A stretch of DNA of 63,589 nt, filler included, from Octopus bimaculoides (lineage: Eukaryota), in the NCBI RefSeq assembly GCF_001194135.2. It is 7 parts of 6 records of this genome, joined end to end, with 100 filler letters (N's around TTAATTAATTAA, not from the genome) between each part and the next. Parts side by side here need not be neighbours in the genome. Positions count along the whole stretch, not along the records: positions 9,994 to 37,054 come from NC_068992.1; 6 more parts are not named here. One strand, written 5' to 3'. The first letter of the stretch is position 1. The number at the start of each line of letters is the position of its first letter. Shown here piece after piece: positions 10,929-22,325 of the stretch. The notes below the pieces were generated by a model. That model searched no databases. It had not been told where the DNA came from and saw only the letters and a program-made list of their open reading frames with translations. The translations under genes and the position numbers were made by a program.

Positions 10929-11309
10929 GGATGCCTTAGTTGCGGTACTCCATCGCTTACGACGTCGAGGGTTCCAGTTGATCCGATCAACGGAGCAGCC
11001 TGCTCGTGAAATTAACGTGCAAGTGGCTGAGCACTCCACATACACGTGTACCCTTAACGTAGTTTGCGGGGATATTCAGCGGGACACAGTGTGACAAGGC
11101 TGGCCCTTTGAATTACAGGCACAACAGAAACAGGAAGTAAGAGAAAGTTGTGGTGAAAGAGTACAGCAGGGTTCACCACCATCCCCTGCCGGTAGTCCTC
11201 GTGCTAGGTGTTTTCGCCAAAAAACACTCACAACGCGCGGTCTGGGAATCGAAACTGCAATCCTATGACTGCGAGTCCGCTGCGCTAACCACTGGGCCAT
11301 TGCACCTCC
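10929..11309 (-). mobile_element. tRNA-derived SINE
   Basis: Minus-strand head GGAGGTGCAATGGCCCAGTGGTTAGCGCAGCGGACTCGCAGTCATAGGATTGCAGTTTCGATTCCCAGACC has Pol III A-box (TGGCCCAGTGG) and B-box (GTTTCGATTCC) like motifs, followed by a ~300-bp body. It is not a functional tRNA. Confidence 0.85.
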
Positions 11310-12866
11310 GCTGTTTTTACGGTAATATAATTGATATATATGGTTAAATAATTAGAATTAGGCTGACATTGAATACGGATTTTACAATGCTAAACCATAA
11401 GCACATATTTGTTTTCCTTTTTAATCGGCAAATATTACAATTTGTAATATTATCTGCAACGGTTGCTGTAATTAAAAGTTACAGTGATTCTATTTCAGAC
11501 GTATTAGTTCTAGTCCTGGAGAGGACATTATTTCTCTAGAGAGTGGCGATGTTTAATCCAATGAAGGATTATAAAATTCTTTGTATGGTCTTTCCCTATT
11601 TCTAGTTCTCCCTTTTTGGACACGTACATCCAGTTATGTTCTTATTAAAATACTGTGGAAGATCTCTAAAAATGTCTGTGTTAGCAGAAATATTAGCTGA
11701 TTGAAAATTTAAGGAACCTGATAACATATGAAATGGAAAATATATATGAGATTTCAATGTAATATCCAAGAAATTAATAATATGTCTGTTAGTTTCAACG
11801 CCCATTCAAGTACTGTATTTTCTAAACAAATTTCTTGTTCGTTTTCATCCCGGGTATTTTTGGTTAGATAATGTAAAATAACTTTCGTCATAGCATATTC
11901 CGCCTATGACCGTAAGTAATATTAGTTTAAGTAGGTAATGTGACAAAGGACGTTATCTCTGCAGAGACACTGGCACTTTTGTGGTGACAGATTTTTAAGA
12001 AGTTCTTGCAATGCAGAGAGAACAGTCAAAAGTTAAAATATTTATTTTTTATTCTAAGATCATTTCATACTGGACTGGTCACGAGGACCGAGTCGGGAGA
12101 CACAATAACTTTGGGAAATACCCTAGAATTAATTGAAACATAGTAATAGCAGAATCAGTTTGAATATGTTTAGTGAGTTGTTTCTGAGGAATACATTTCT
12201 ACTCAGTTTATAAGACCCGGAATGTTTTTCCAGTGATTGCGTTGTACATGACTGCTAAAGAAAAAGTCCTATGAAGAATAATGTTGTTAAGACGGCCAGG
12301 ATCAATTTTAGAGATGTATGTTAGATGAATAGAAAAGATTCAATTAAACACAGACTGTGGCCTTTCGCATAAAACTAAGTTCGTTTAGTTAAAGTAATTA
12401 CTGCTACGTATTTCAGCCTCAATTGCAGTTTCCATGATTTAATGGCAAATCATATTAAGTATCCTGAAGTAAGCCATTTTGTTCTTTGTTTAAGGCTTAG
12501 AAGACCAAAGAGTGATACGTTTTTGTTTCTGTTTTTGTCTATATAATAAAACTTTTAAAAAAACTATTATCAAAGAATACATACATAGCATTGGAATTAT
12601 TGATATTTTCCCCCTTTGTGCATAGGTTTATATATCACATCAAAGTAAAGAAACCCAAACTTCTTTCAAAATTTTCATGCTGATTGTCGAAGAAATAACC
12701 TTAATTCGTCTTATCTGTATAATGATATCTGACAGACTGGTCAACGAAGCGGTAAATGTTATCTATCTATCTATACGTACATACATACATATATGCATAC
12801 ATACATTCATACATACATGCATACATACATACATACATGCATACATACATACACACNNNNNNNNNN

Positions 12867-12910
<44 letters not shown>

Positions 12911-13839
12911 AAACCTGTGCATTTTCAAATCCTAAGAAATACAGGAACGTCATAAGAAAAAAGTGTTAACGCCATCATGAGAAATCATACGTTGTAAGTA
13001 TCATCTTTGCTGTTAAAAATGACGTTGTTTCTTTTTATCCATTAAGTTTAACAGGGCTCAGGTGTGAACATCATACATCCTTTTGGTTTTATATTAAATT
13101 ATATTTCGTTGTCCATATTTTAAAACATTTGCTAATTGTACGGTGGTGTTCAGTTAATTTTTATTGTTTTTGGAGAGTATCTGTTTATCCGGTACTTTCC
13201 AATTCTAAAACAGATCTAATGAATGTTAATATGCATCACGCTAAGTTAATTAAAACTGAAATTAAATTCAAGAAGTTGTTAACAAATTATTCATATAGTT
13301 TTGAATATGAATTAGAATTTATTTAAAAATAATATGTCCAATGATTTTGTACATTTTACACTTCGTATACGAGAATATATTAGACATATTCATAAATGAA
13401 ATAAGTGTACGTGTACGCATATTCAGAAAGAACATGTTGTTCCTATTAAAGGTTTCTATCAATATATAAATGCACAAAGTGATTACGTGTCATCCTCTTT
13501 TCTATATCTTATGCTTCATCTAATATCTGGATTTATGTAGTCCATTATTTAGGTCAGGTTCGCAAAGGTGTGTTTCTGGATGGAAAATCTTCGAGAAGCA
13601 CTAGATGATATTAATTCTTATAACGATCTAATAAGGAAGATTCTAAATGGTTGCCCATCCTGATTAGGACAAAGACTGAGACTGACTTTCTATTATCGTT
13701 TCTTATTTTCTATTTCCATATTTACAGCTTCAGAAAAACAGTTATAATTGATAATAGATTAACCACGTAAGAGACATCAGATTGGCTACCAGAGACTTTT
13801 CGTTTTTTTCTTTTTTTTTTCAATATTGGAGGTAAATTA

Positions 13840-14055
13840 AAGGCAATGTGCTGATAGAATACTTAGCGCGCGGGACAAAATGCTTAGCGGCAATTCGTCC
13901 GTCTGGGCGTTTTGAGTTCAAATTCAGCCCAGGTCGACTTTACCTTTCGCCATTTCAGTATCAATAAATTAAGCACCAGTCGAGTACTGAGATCGAAGTA
14001 ATCAAATTAAATCGTCAACTGAAATCACTGGCATTTTGCCAAAATTTCAAGGCAG
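13840..14055 (+). mobile_element. Octopus-type SINE, diverged
   Basis: GTGCTGATAGAATACTTAGCGCGCGGGACAAAATGCTTAGCGG..TTTGAGTTCAAATTCAGCC..GTCGACTTTACCTTTC matches the 6230 copy. Confidence 0.8.
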
Positions 14056-15334
14056 CACTGAAGTTAAATATTAAGCTTTCTTTTTACCTGTATAGCAATG
14101 ATTTCATTTTACCTTTGTCAAAATAGATTTATTTTTTCCGTTCCTCTCTAAAGCAGAAGCAAAACTTCAGATTTAAGCTCAACTCCTTTCACAGCTCTTA
14201 TGAGTTTTTTGTTTCAATCAGTACTTAATTTTTTTTTAAAGTTTTGTTGTTGTTTTTTGCGGGATGGGGCAGAATTTTAAATAGACGAGACACAGATCAC
14301 TTAAAAGTATTTTCCTTACATATTACCAAAATACCGAAACACGTGCTCGTAATAGTTAATGCTCCTTCTCTTAGATATTAATACTACAGTTACTTCACGT
14401 AGAAGTTTATTTAAAACGTGTAACAGGAGAAATATTTATCGAAAATATTTATAGAAAATTTGTCCTGCCCGCCTACCCAATTGTGTGTCATCATTTGAAA
14501 TGTACAACAACACACGGAAGCAAATTGTGACCAGCGTTATATAACCACACGCAATAGTTTGATAGAGTAATATAGAGACAGTGCATTTTAAAGATAAATA
14601 TATTGGGCCTGTACATTATTGTACTCAGTTACATAATTGAAAGAATTTTGGAGAAATATACGAAATTAAAACTCAATACTAAGTATTGGCAGAATTCATT
14701 TTGGATTGAATATGTTTTAAAAGTATTACGCATGAGAAGCAACGGCACATCGTCATTTTAATTTCACATAATTTCTTGTAGACGGTATTCTTCATTAAGA
14801 AGTCGTTCATTTCTCAGTACGTTACGTAAAGTTCGTCTCTAAAAGACAATAATGATTTATGAGAGAATGTAATTTCATTTAAAATGTTACACCTCTAGAT
14901 TAGTATTCAGATAATCTGTCAATCTCACTAAGGCATTTAAACTATTTTACCTTGCTAGAAAATTAATTTGGTTTCAGGTTTAATTACAGGAAATATTGAT
15001 ATTGCGATAGCAACTTCAATATTGTTATCTATTTGTTATTTAGAAAAGCAAAACTCGTCATCATTTTTGCTGACTCGCAATCCTATCTCATTCTTATTCA
15101 CTATGCTGTTATATATAAGCAATTTAGATTCTGATAATAAGGATAATATGCTATAATACAGTAAAGTGTAAACATTGAAATTTAATGATACTCCTGCAGC
15201 CAAAATAAAACTCAAGACTAAACGATTTGAGTTAAAAAGAATTTTATCCTGAATCGCAGCAGGAACGAATTATCATAAGTTTTATCATTTAAACCACATC
15301 GCATTTCTTAATTTCATATTTCTCAAGTGATATG

Positions 15335-15535
15335 GTGGCGAGCTGGCAGAATTGTTCGCAAGCTTAGCAGCATTCCGTCCCTCTGTATGTTCTACGTTCA
15401 AATTACGCTGGGGCTGAGATTGCCTTTCATTCTTTAGAAGTCGATAAAATAAGTGTGAACTGAGCACTAGGGTCGTTGTAATCGACTTATACCCTACCCC
15501 GAAATTTCTGGCTTTGTGCCAAAATTTGAAGCCAA
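15335..15535 (+). mobile_element. Octopus-type SINE, diverged
   Basis: GGCGAGCTGGCAGAATTGTT..GTTCTACGTTCAAATT..TTGCCTTTCATTC..GTCGATAAAATAAGT. Confidence 0.8.
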
Positions 15536-16101
15536 TAATTCTGAACTTTGAGTACTAGCTTCGGCAATATATTTTCTCAAATTGGAACGATACACAGATT
15601 ATCCGTGAAGCGTTCCATATTTTTCATTTCTGCTCTGGTCGATTTTGCATTTCATCCTATAAGTACCTATCAGGCACTGAAATCAATGTTATCGACTAAC
15701 TCCCACTGCCTCAAAATGTCCAGCCTTGCGCCTATAGCCAAAAGAAATATCCCGAACTGTGTTATCAGGAAGAATAAAATAAAACATAAAAACACTAGTT
15801 GATTTTCAAGAGAAAACTATTTAGTTTCCGAAGCATAAGTTTCTATTACCAATTTCAAACATGATGTTGTATGAACGCACATTTCATGTTGACAAGTATA
15901 CTGTATTAGTATCTCTGATATATCTTTGCGACTTAAAAGCTATTAATAAAATTATAACGATATTATGCATAAAATATGACCATATCATGCTTATCCTTAG
16001 CAATCTAAATACGAAGTAGGAACAATAGAAGTGTTGACAGCATATTAAAGAAGCCTGCCCGACGCCCAGTACTATAGTCGGTAAAATGATCATCCACGAC
16101 G

Positions 16102-16500
16102 CAGTCGGACACGAATCGAATTCTTCTGTTTCACTCAGTCTATGTCGGACACGAATCGAATTCCTTGTTTCACTTAGCCTATGTCGGACACCAATCGAAT
16201 TGCCTGTTTCACTCAGTCTATGTCGTACACCAATCGAATTCCTTGTTTCACTTAGCCTATGTCGGACACCAATCGAATTGCCTGTTTCACTCAGTCTATG
16301 TCGTACACCAATCGAATTCCTTGTTTCACTTAGCCTATGTCGGACACCAATCGAATTGCCTGTTTCACTCAGTCTATGTCGTACACCAATCGAATTCCTT
16401 GTTTCACTTAGCCTATGTCGGACACGAATCGAATTCCCTGTTTCACTCCGCTTATGTCGGACACCATCCAAATTCCTTGTTTCACTCAGTCTTTGTTTCA
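16102..16500. repeat. 39-bp minisatellite, ~10 units, with alternating A/B variants (78-bp higher-order repeat)
   Basis: Unit TATGTCG(G/T)ACACCAATCGAATT(G/C)C(C/T)TGTTTCACT(C/T)AG(T/C)C starts at 16141, 16180, 16219, 16258, 16297, 16336, 16375, 16414 and 16453. Confidence 0.97.
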
Positions 16501-16919
16501 CTCTAGTCTATGTCTAAAGTTGCTGCTTATAATAAATGAAGAAGATGTATTACTTGGATATTATGGATGTCTGCAATATGCATATTTATTGAAACTTTAG
16601 TTAGCATCTACATAATTTCAAAATTGAAATGGTTGAATTATATTTTTCAAACTCATATATACTGAGGATTTATTTCAGAGAAAAGCCTGAAATGAATTTC
16701 TATTAAGACGTGTCTTGACGTGCTAACTTATCACAATTCAAAACGCCGGTGAATCACTCTCAGCTCACGCTTATTTTTTTATGACACAGCTCCAAAAGAA
16801 ATATTATCATATTTATAGAATAGTCTACTTCAATATTCTGTATTAAAAGCATGTGATATATCATCTGAAAGCACTTTTCTGTTAGATATGATATTATGTA
16901 TTATTTCAATTTAAAATGT

Positions 16920-17075
16920 TATGGCTGTCTGGTTAAGAGAGTCGCTTTTCAGTCACGTGGTTTAGGCTTTAATCTCACTAAGCAGCAATTTGAGCTGCTG
17001 TTTTCTAGTATAGCCCGAAGAGACCAATGCTTCATGAAATGAATTTTGAGACAGAAACTACGTGGAAGTCTCTCA
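16920..17075 (+). mobile_element. Degraded tRNA-headed SINE (second family)
   Basis: ATGGCTGTCTGGTTAAGAGAGTCGC..CACGTGGTTTAGG..TATAGCCCGAAGAGACCAATGC..GACAGAAACT. Related pieces lie at ~47530-47640(-), ~50195-50350(+) and ~58800-58870(-). Confidence 0.6.
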
Positions 17076-17103
17076 TACATATACACACACACACACACAC
17101 ACG

Positions 17104-17189
<86 letters not shown>

Positions 17190-17339
17190 ACCACATACCT
17201 ATACATGCACATCAGCCCCTATCCACACGCACACACACGCTCTCACATACGCAGTGCACCTTCGTTTTGATATCACCACTACTTTATTGTCCCCCCTTCT
17301 TCCTAGCTCTCCTGTCTGACCACTTCTGTCCGGCCATCG

Positions 17340-17532
17340 CCATGATTGACCGCTAGCCACTGAAGCTTCTTTTGTATTGTCTCTATATTTATTCTCTCGT
17401 GTTCTTTTCTGTTGAAGAGGATAGGCTCGAAACGTAAAAGACTTTTTCATCTTCCCGAGTGTTAAACCAATACACACCTGTTGTTGTTTACACACCTGTC
17501 TTCGTCTTGTATTTTTGTTTGTAAATTCCCAC
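17340..17532 (+). mobile_element. Penelope-like pseudo-LTR fragment with degenerate minimal hammerhead motif
   Basis: 17403-17442 TCTTTT-CTGTTGA-A-GAGG-ATAG-GCTC-GAAAC-GTA-AAAGA has type I hammerhead layout with a mutated core. A similar pyrimidine-rich tail occurs at ~47190-47250. Confidence 0.5.
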
Positions 17533-18602
17533 TTTTATATATATGTATATGAATGTGTGTGTGTGTGTGTGTGTGTGTTTGCGTGTGTGTGTGTGTGTGT
17601 GTNNNNNNNNNNNNNNNNNNNNNNNNNNNNNNNNNNNNNNNNNNNNNNNNNNNNNNNNNNNNNNNNNNNNNNNNNNNNNNNNNNNNNNNNNNNNNNNNNN
17701 NNNNNNNNNNNNNNNNNNNNNNNNNNNNNNNNNNNNNNNNNNNNNNNNNNNNNNNNNNNNNNNNNNNNNNNNNNNNNNNNNNNNNNNNNNNNNNNNNNNN
17801 NNNNNNNNNNNNNNNNNNNNNNNNNNNNNNNNNNNNNNNNNNNNNNNNNNNNNNNNNNNNNNNNNNNNNNNNNNNNNNNNNNNNNNNNNNNNNNNNNNNN
17901 NNNNNNNNNNNNNNNNNNNNNNNNNNNNNNNNNNNNNNNNNNNNNNNNNNNNNNNNNNNNNNNNNNNNNNNNNNNNNNNNNNNNNNNNNNNNNNNNNNNN
18001 NNNNNNNNNNNNNNNNNNNNNNNNNNNNNNNNNNNNNNNNNNNNNNNNNNNNNNNNNNNNNNNNNNNNNNNNNNNNNNNNNNNNNNNNNNNNNNNNNNNN
18101 NNNNNNNNNNNNNNNNNNNNNNNNNNNNNNNNNNNNNNNNNNNNNNNNNNNNNNNNNNNNNNNNNNNNNNNNNNNNNNNNNNNNNNNNNNNNNNNNNNNN
18201 NNNNNNNNNNNNNNNNNNNNNNNNNNNNNNNNNNNNNNNNNNNNNNNNNNNNNNNNNNNNNNNNNNNNNNNNNNNNNNNNNNNNNNNNNNNNNNNNNNNN
18301 NNNNNNNNNNNNNNNNNNNNNNNNNNNNNNNNNNNNNNNNNNNNNNNNNNNNNNNNNNNNNNNNNNNNNNNNNNNNNNNNNNNNNNNNNNNNNNNNNNNN
18401 NNNNNNNNNNNNNNNNNNNNNNNNNNNNNNNNNNNNNNNNNNNNNNNNNNNNNNNNNNNNNNNNNNNNNNNNNNNNNNNNNNNNNNNNNNNNNNNNNNNN
18501 NNNNNNNNNNNNNNNNNNNNNNNNNNNNNNNNNNNNNNNNNNNNNNNNNNNNNNNNNNNNNNNNNNNNNNNNNNNNNNNNNNNNNNNNNNNNNNNNNNNN
18601 NN

Positions 18603-18850
18603 ATAAGCGAACTTACCGATCCTTGCACAAAGTAAGGAATTGAGAAATATCATTACAGATCAAAATATAACTCTCAGTAAGAGACAACCTAAAAACTTGA
18701 AAAAACTATTAACAAAGGCAAGGTTTAACCTCAGCAACAAAAATCAAACATTCACTGTATCTAAATGCAATGATAGCCGATGCGGCACATGCCGATCAAT
18801 CCATACCGGCCCATATATGAACACAAAAGCCTTGTGCCAAAATTTGAAAT
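18603..18850 (+). mobile_element. Penelope-like element fragment (linker between RT and GIY-YIG)
   Basis: ANLPILAQSKELRNIITDQNITLSKRQPKNLKKLLTKARF...VSKCNDSRCGTC: the RQPKNLK and C-x4-C-x2-C motifs are characteristic of the PLE linker. Confidence 0.75.
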
Positions 18851-19489
18851 TCCTTACTAATGAATGGCACCTTGGGCAGTTAGCTTCCATTAAATCTATG
18901 TGCAGACTTATTGTGAGTACATTTAATATATGGGAACTGTGTGGATGCCCATCATGTATACCATTGTGTTTCGTTGTGTGACTGTGTTTGTTAATATCTC
19001 CAGAACTTGACAACTGGTGTTGGTTTGGTTATGTGCCCTTAACTTAGCTGTTCGATAAAAGTGACCCGCTAGAATAAGTACCAGACTTAAAGACTAACAG
19101 GATTACTATGGTTAATTTGTTCGACTAAAACTCTTCAAGGCATTCATGGCTGCAATCCAATGACAGACACCAGCAGAATGTGAAAAGATTTCTTTTTTCG
19201 AGACGAATGTAAGGTAGACAACGAAATGAACATACTTGGAAATGAAATAGCTGCTATGTTCGAGAATCGAATAATATAAACGAGTTTGATTTGCAATATC
19301 TTCTACTCTGACATTAGAATATAATGAAGACAATGTCAGTTTTCCAAAGTAGGATATAGGTATTATCGTCAAGGAAAACATATTTCCTCTCTTTCTCCAA
19401 CCTATATTGTCTTTGATGAAAATTGTTAGATTGATGAAATTATATTTGACATACATATTGCATTATTAATGAATACTATACGATCTTGT

Positions 19490-20670
19490 GAAGGCGTTAG
19501 CACGACAGACAAGACGATTAGCGGCATTTTGCCCTTCTTCACGTTTGGTGTTCAAATTTCAACGTGGTGGACTTTGCATTCCATCATTTCAGGGTCAATA
19601 AGGTAAGTACTAGTGAAGCACTTGGATCGATGTCATCGCCTTACGTCCTCCCCAAAATCGCTGGCCTTGTAGCAAAATTTGAAACTCATTACTAATGAAT
19701 GCTATAAGGCAGCGGCCTGACAGAGTTGTTAGTATCCCGGACGAAATGCTTAGCCATATTTCTTCCGTCTTTACGTTCTGAGTTTAAATTTCACCGAGAA
19801 TGACTTTCAAACCTTCGGGGTCGATGAAATATGTGCCATTTGAGCAATGGGGTCGATGTAATCGTCTGACGCCTCCTATCTCACAATTTCAGGCCTATAG
19901 AAGAAAAAAAGACTATTAAAGGTTTCAAAGTTTTGTACAAAGCCCGCAAGGAAAATGCGACCGCAGTGGAATTTGAACTCAGAACCTAAAGATAGGTGAA
20001 ATGCCGCAAAGCATTTAGCCTGGAACCGCCACGGTTCTGCCAGCTCACCGCTTCAGAAAATATTATTAATAAATCCTATAATGACGGCGAGTTAATAGAA
20101 TCGTTAGAGGGTAGTGAATACGTCTTGCGTATTTCTTCCAGACCATTACATTCTGTGATCAAAACCCACCAAACGAACTGAATTTGGTATTTCATCCGTC
20201 CGTAATCGATAAATCGATGCTTCCACAGAGCAGCTCCCTGCAAAATTGCTGGCCTTGTGTCCAAATTAGGAAACAAATACAGATTTCAAATTTTGGCAGC
20301 AAGTTGGGAGGGGGGAGCCAGTCGATTAAATTGATCTCACTACTTAACTGGTGCCTCAAGGTTAAAAAGGAACTCGACCTCGGCAGAATTCGAACTCAGA
20401 AGATGAAGACAGACGAAATACAGCTAAGCATTTTGGGATGTTAACGATTGTGCCAGCTCGTCGCCTTAATTAGAAGCATATATTGATTTCAAATTTTGGT
20501 AGAAAGCCAGGAATTTCACGGAAGGATGTAAGTGGATTGCATCGAAAACAATACTTAACTCGTACTTGTTTTATGGACCCCGCTCAGAGCTTAAACGCAG
20601 AATATAAGAAAGGACAAAATATATTGTAAGCATTTTGCCCAGCGCGCAAATGATTCTGCTATCTCATCGC
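19490..20670. mobile_element. Cluster of about six diverged octopus-type SINE copies in both orientations
   Basis: Core matches at ~19490-19690(+), 19705-19900(+), 19940-20055(-), 20100-20260(+), 20260-20470(-) and 20490-20670(-). Confidence 0.75.
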
Positions 20671-22109
20671 CTTAATTAGAAATAAATAGCTAATACTGTC
20701 TTATCTATCTACAACAGAATGCGATCATTCTAAATGATTCTTCTTAATGAGAATTCCTTATAAAACTAACTCAGTAATTATCTGTTTAACCGTAATGAAG
20801 CATTATGGGAATATCATCACCATTATCTTCCCAATAATACATATTACAATTGCAAATATTGTCCCACTAGATTTAAAATGACGGAGCACATTTAATAATG
20901 CAGAGCTAGATGGACTGCTTACCGACATGATGCTGGTAGCAATATTTCCGGTTACAGATCCTTTAAATTATGAAATACTTACAAGTAAAACCAGAATAGG
21001 AATCGTCATTTAAAGTACCGTCACTGAATGAGCATTGCCTATCTTTTCATGATTTATAAGTTATGCATATATATATATATATATANNNNNNNNNNNNNNN
21101 NNNNNNNNNNNNNNNNNNNNNNNNNNNNNNNNNNNNNNNNNNNNNNNNNNNNNNNNNNNNNNNNNNNNNNNNNNNNNNNNNNNNNNNNNNNNNNNNNNNN
21201 NNNNNNNNNNNNNNNNNNNNNNNNNNNNNNNNNNNNNNNNNNNNNNNNNNNNNNNNNNNNNNNNNNNNNNNNNNNNNNNNNNNNNNNNNNNNNNNNNNNN
21301 NNNNNNNNNNNNNNNNNNNNNNNNNNNNNNNNNNNNNNNNNNNNNNNNNNNNNNNNNNNNNNNNNNNNNNNNNNNNNNNNNNNNNNNNNNNNNNNNNNNN
21401 NNNNNNNNNNNNNNNNNNNNNNNNNNNNNNNNNNNNNNNNNNNNNNNNNNNNNNNNNNNNNNNNNNNNNNNNNNNNNNNNNNNNNNNNNNNNNNNNNNNN
21501 NNNNNNNNNNNNNNNNNNNNNNNNNNNNNNNNNNNNNNNNNNNNNNNNNNNNNNNNNNNNNNNNNNNNNNNNNNNNNNNNNNNNNNNNNNNNNNNNNNNN
21601 NNNNNNNNNNNNNNNNNNNNNNNNNNNNNNNNNNNNTAGGTGTGTGGATGATGGTGTAGATGCTGGGAAATGATCAGTGCTAGCGTGTGCACTGGTGTGG
21701 GTGCTGTGGTGTTTCTGTCGTATGGTGGTGCGTGGTGCGGTGGTGTGTGGTGTGCTGGGGTGGTGTGGTGTGGTGTGGTGGTGTTGGAGTGTGGAGGTGG
21801 GTGAGGCGAGAGTGGGGGGAGCAAAGGTGGAGTTTAAGGGTTGGAATGGGCACAATACTTTACGCATAACTTTACGCACTCACACGCGAAAATATGCACT
21901 TGCTTGCACATACATGCAAATACACGCACACACACAATCATTAATAGAGTTAGTGTAGCGAACATTCTGTCCAGTTAAATTTAAGTGTCAATTTCACTAC
22001 GTTGCTTCTACGTTTTTGGAACGGACCACATTTAAAAACGGAGATCGATGACTTCTTGCCATATATTCTACTTGCATTCACAGCAAGACGCTGATATTAC
22101 AAAACTGCA

Positions 22110-22325
22110 TTAGGCGGTGTGAAGGCAGAAACGTTAACACGCCGGAAAAAATGCTTAACTGCATTTTCTCATATCTTACGTTCTGAGATTAAATTCTGGC
22201 GAGGTGGACTTTGCATTTCATTCTTTTTAGGTTGATAAATGATATTACAATCAATGACTGGAGTCAATCTAATCGACAAGACCTCTCCCCAACATTTCAG
22301 GCCTTGTGTGTGTAGTAGAAAGGAG
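22110..22325 (+). mobile_element. Octopus-type SINE, diverged
   Basis: GGCGGTGTGAAGGCAGAAACGTTAACACGCCGG..GTTCTGAGATTAAATTCTGGCGAGGTGGACTTTGC..TTTCAGGCCTTGTG. Confidence 0.8.

Noticed and set aside
11257-11309. tRNA gene on the minus strand
   Set aside because: A/B boxes are present, but it does not give a complete cloverleaf and continues into a SINE body.
16102-16500. CRISPR-like array
   Set aside because: Contiguous tandem units with no unique spacers, in an animal genome context with no cas genes.
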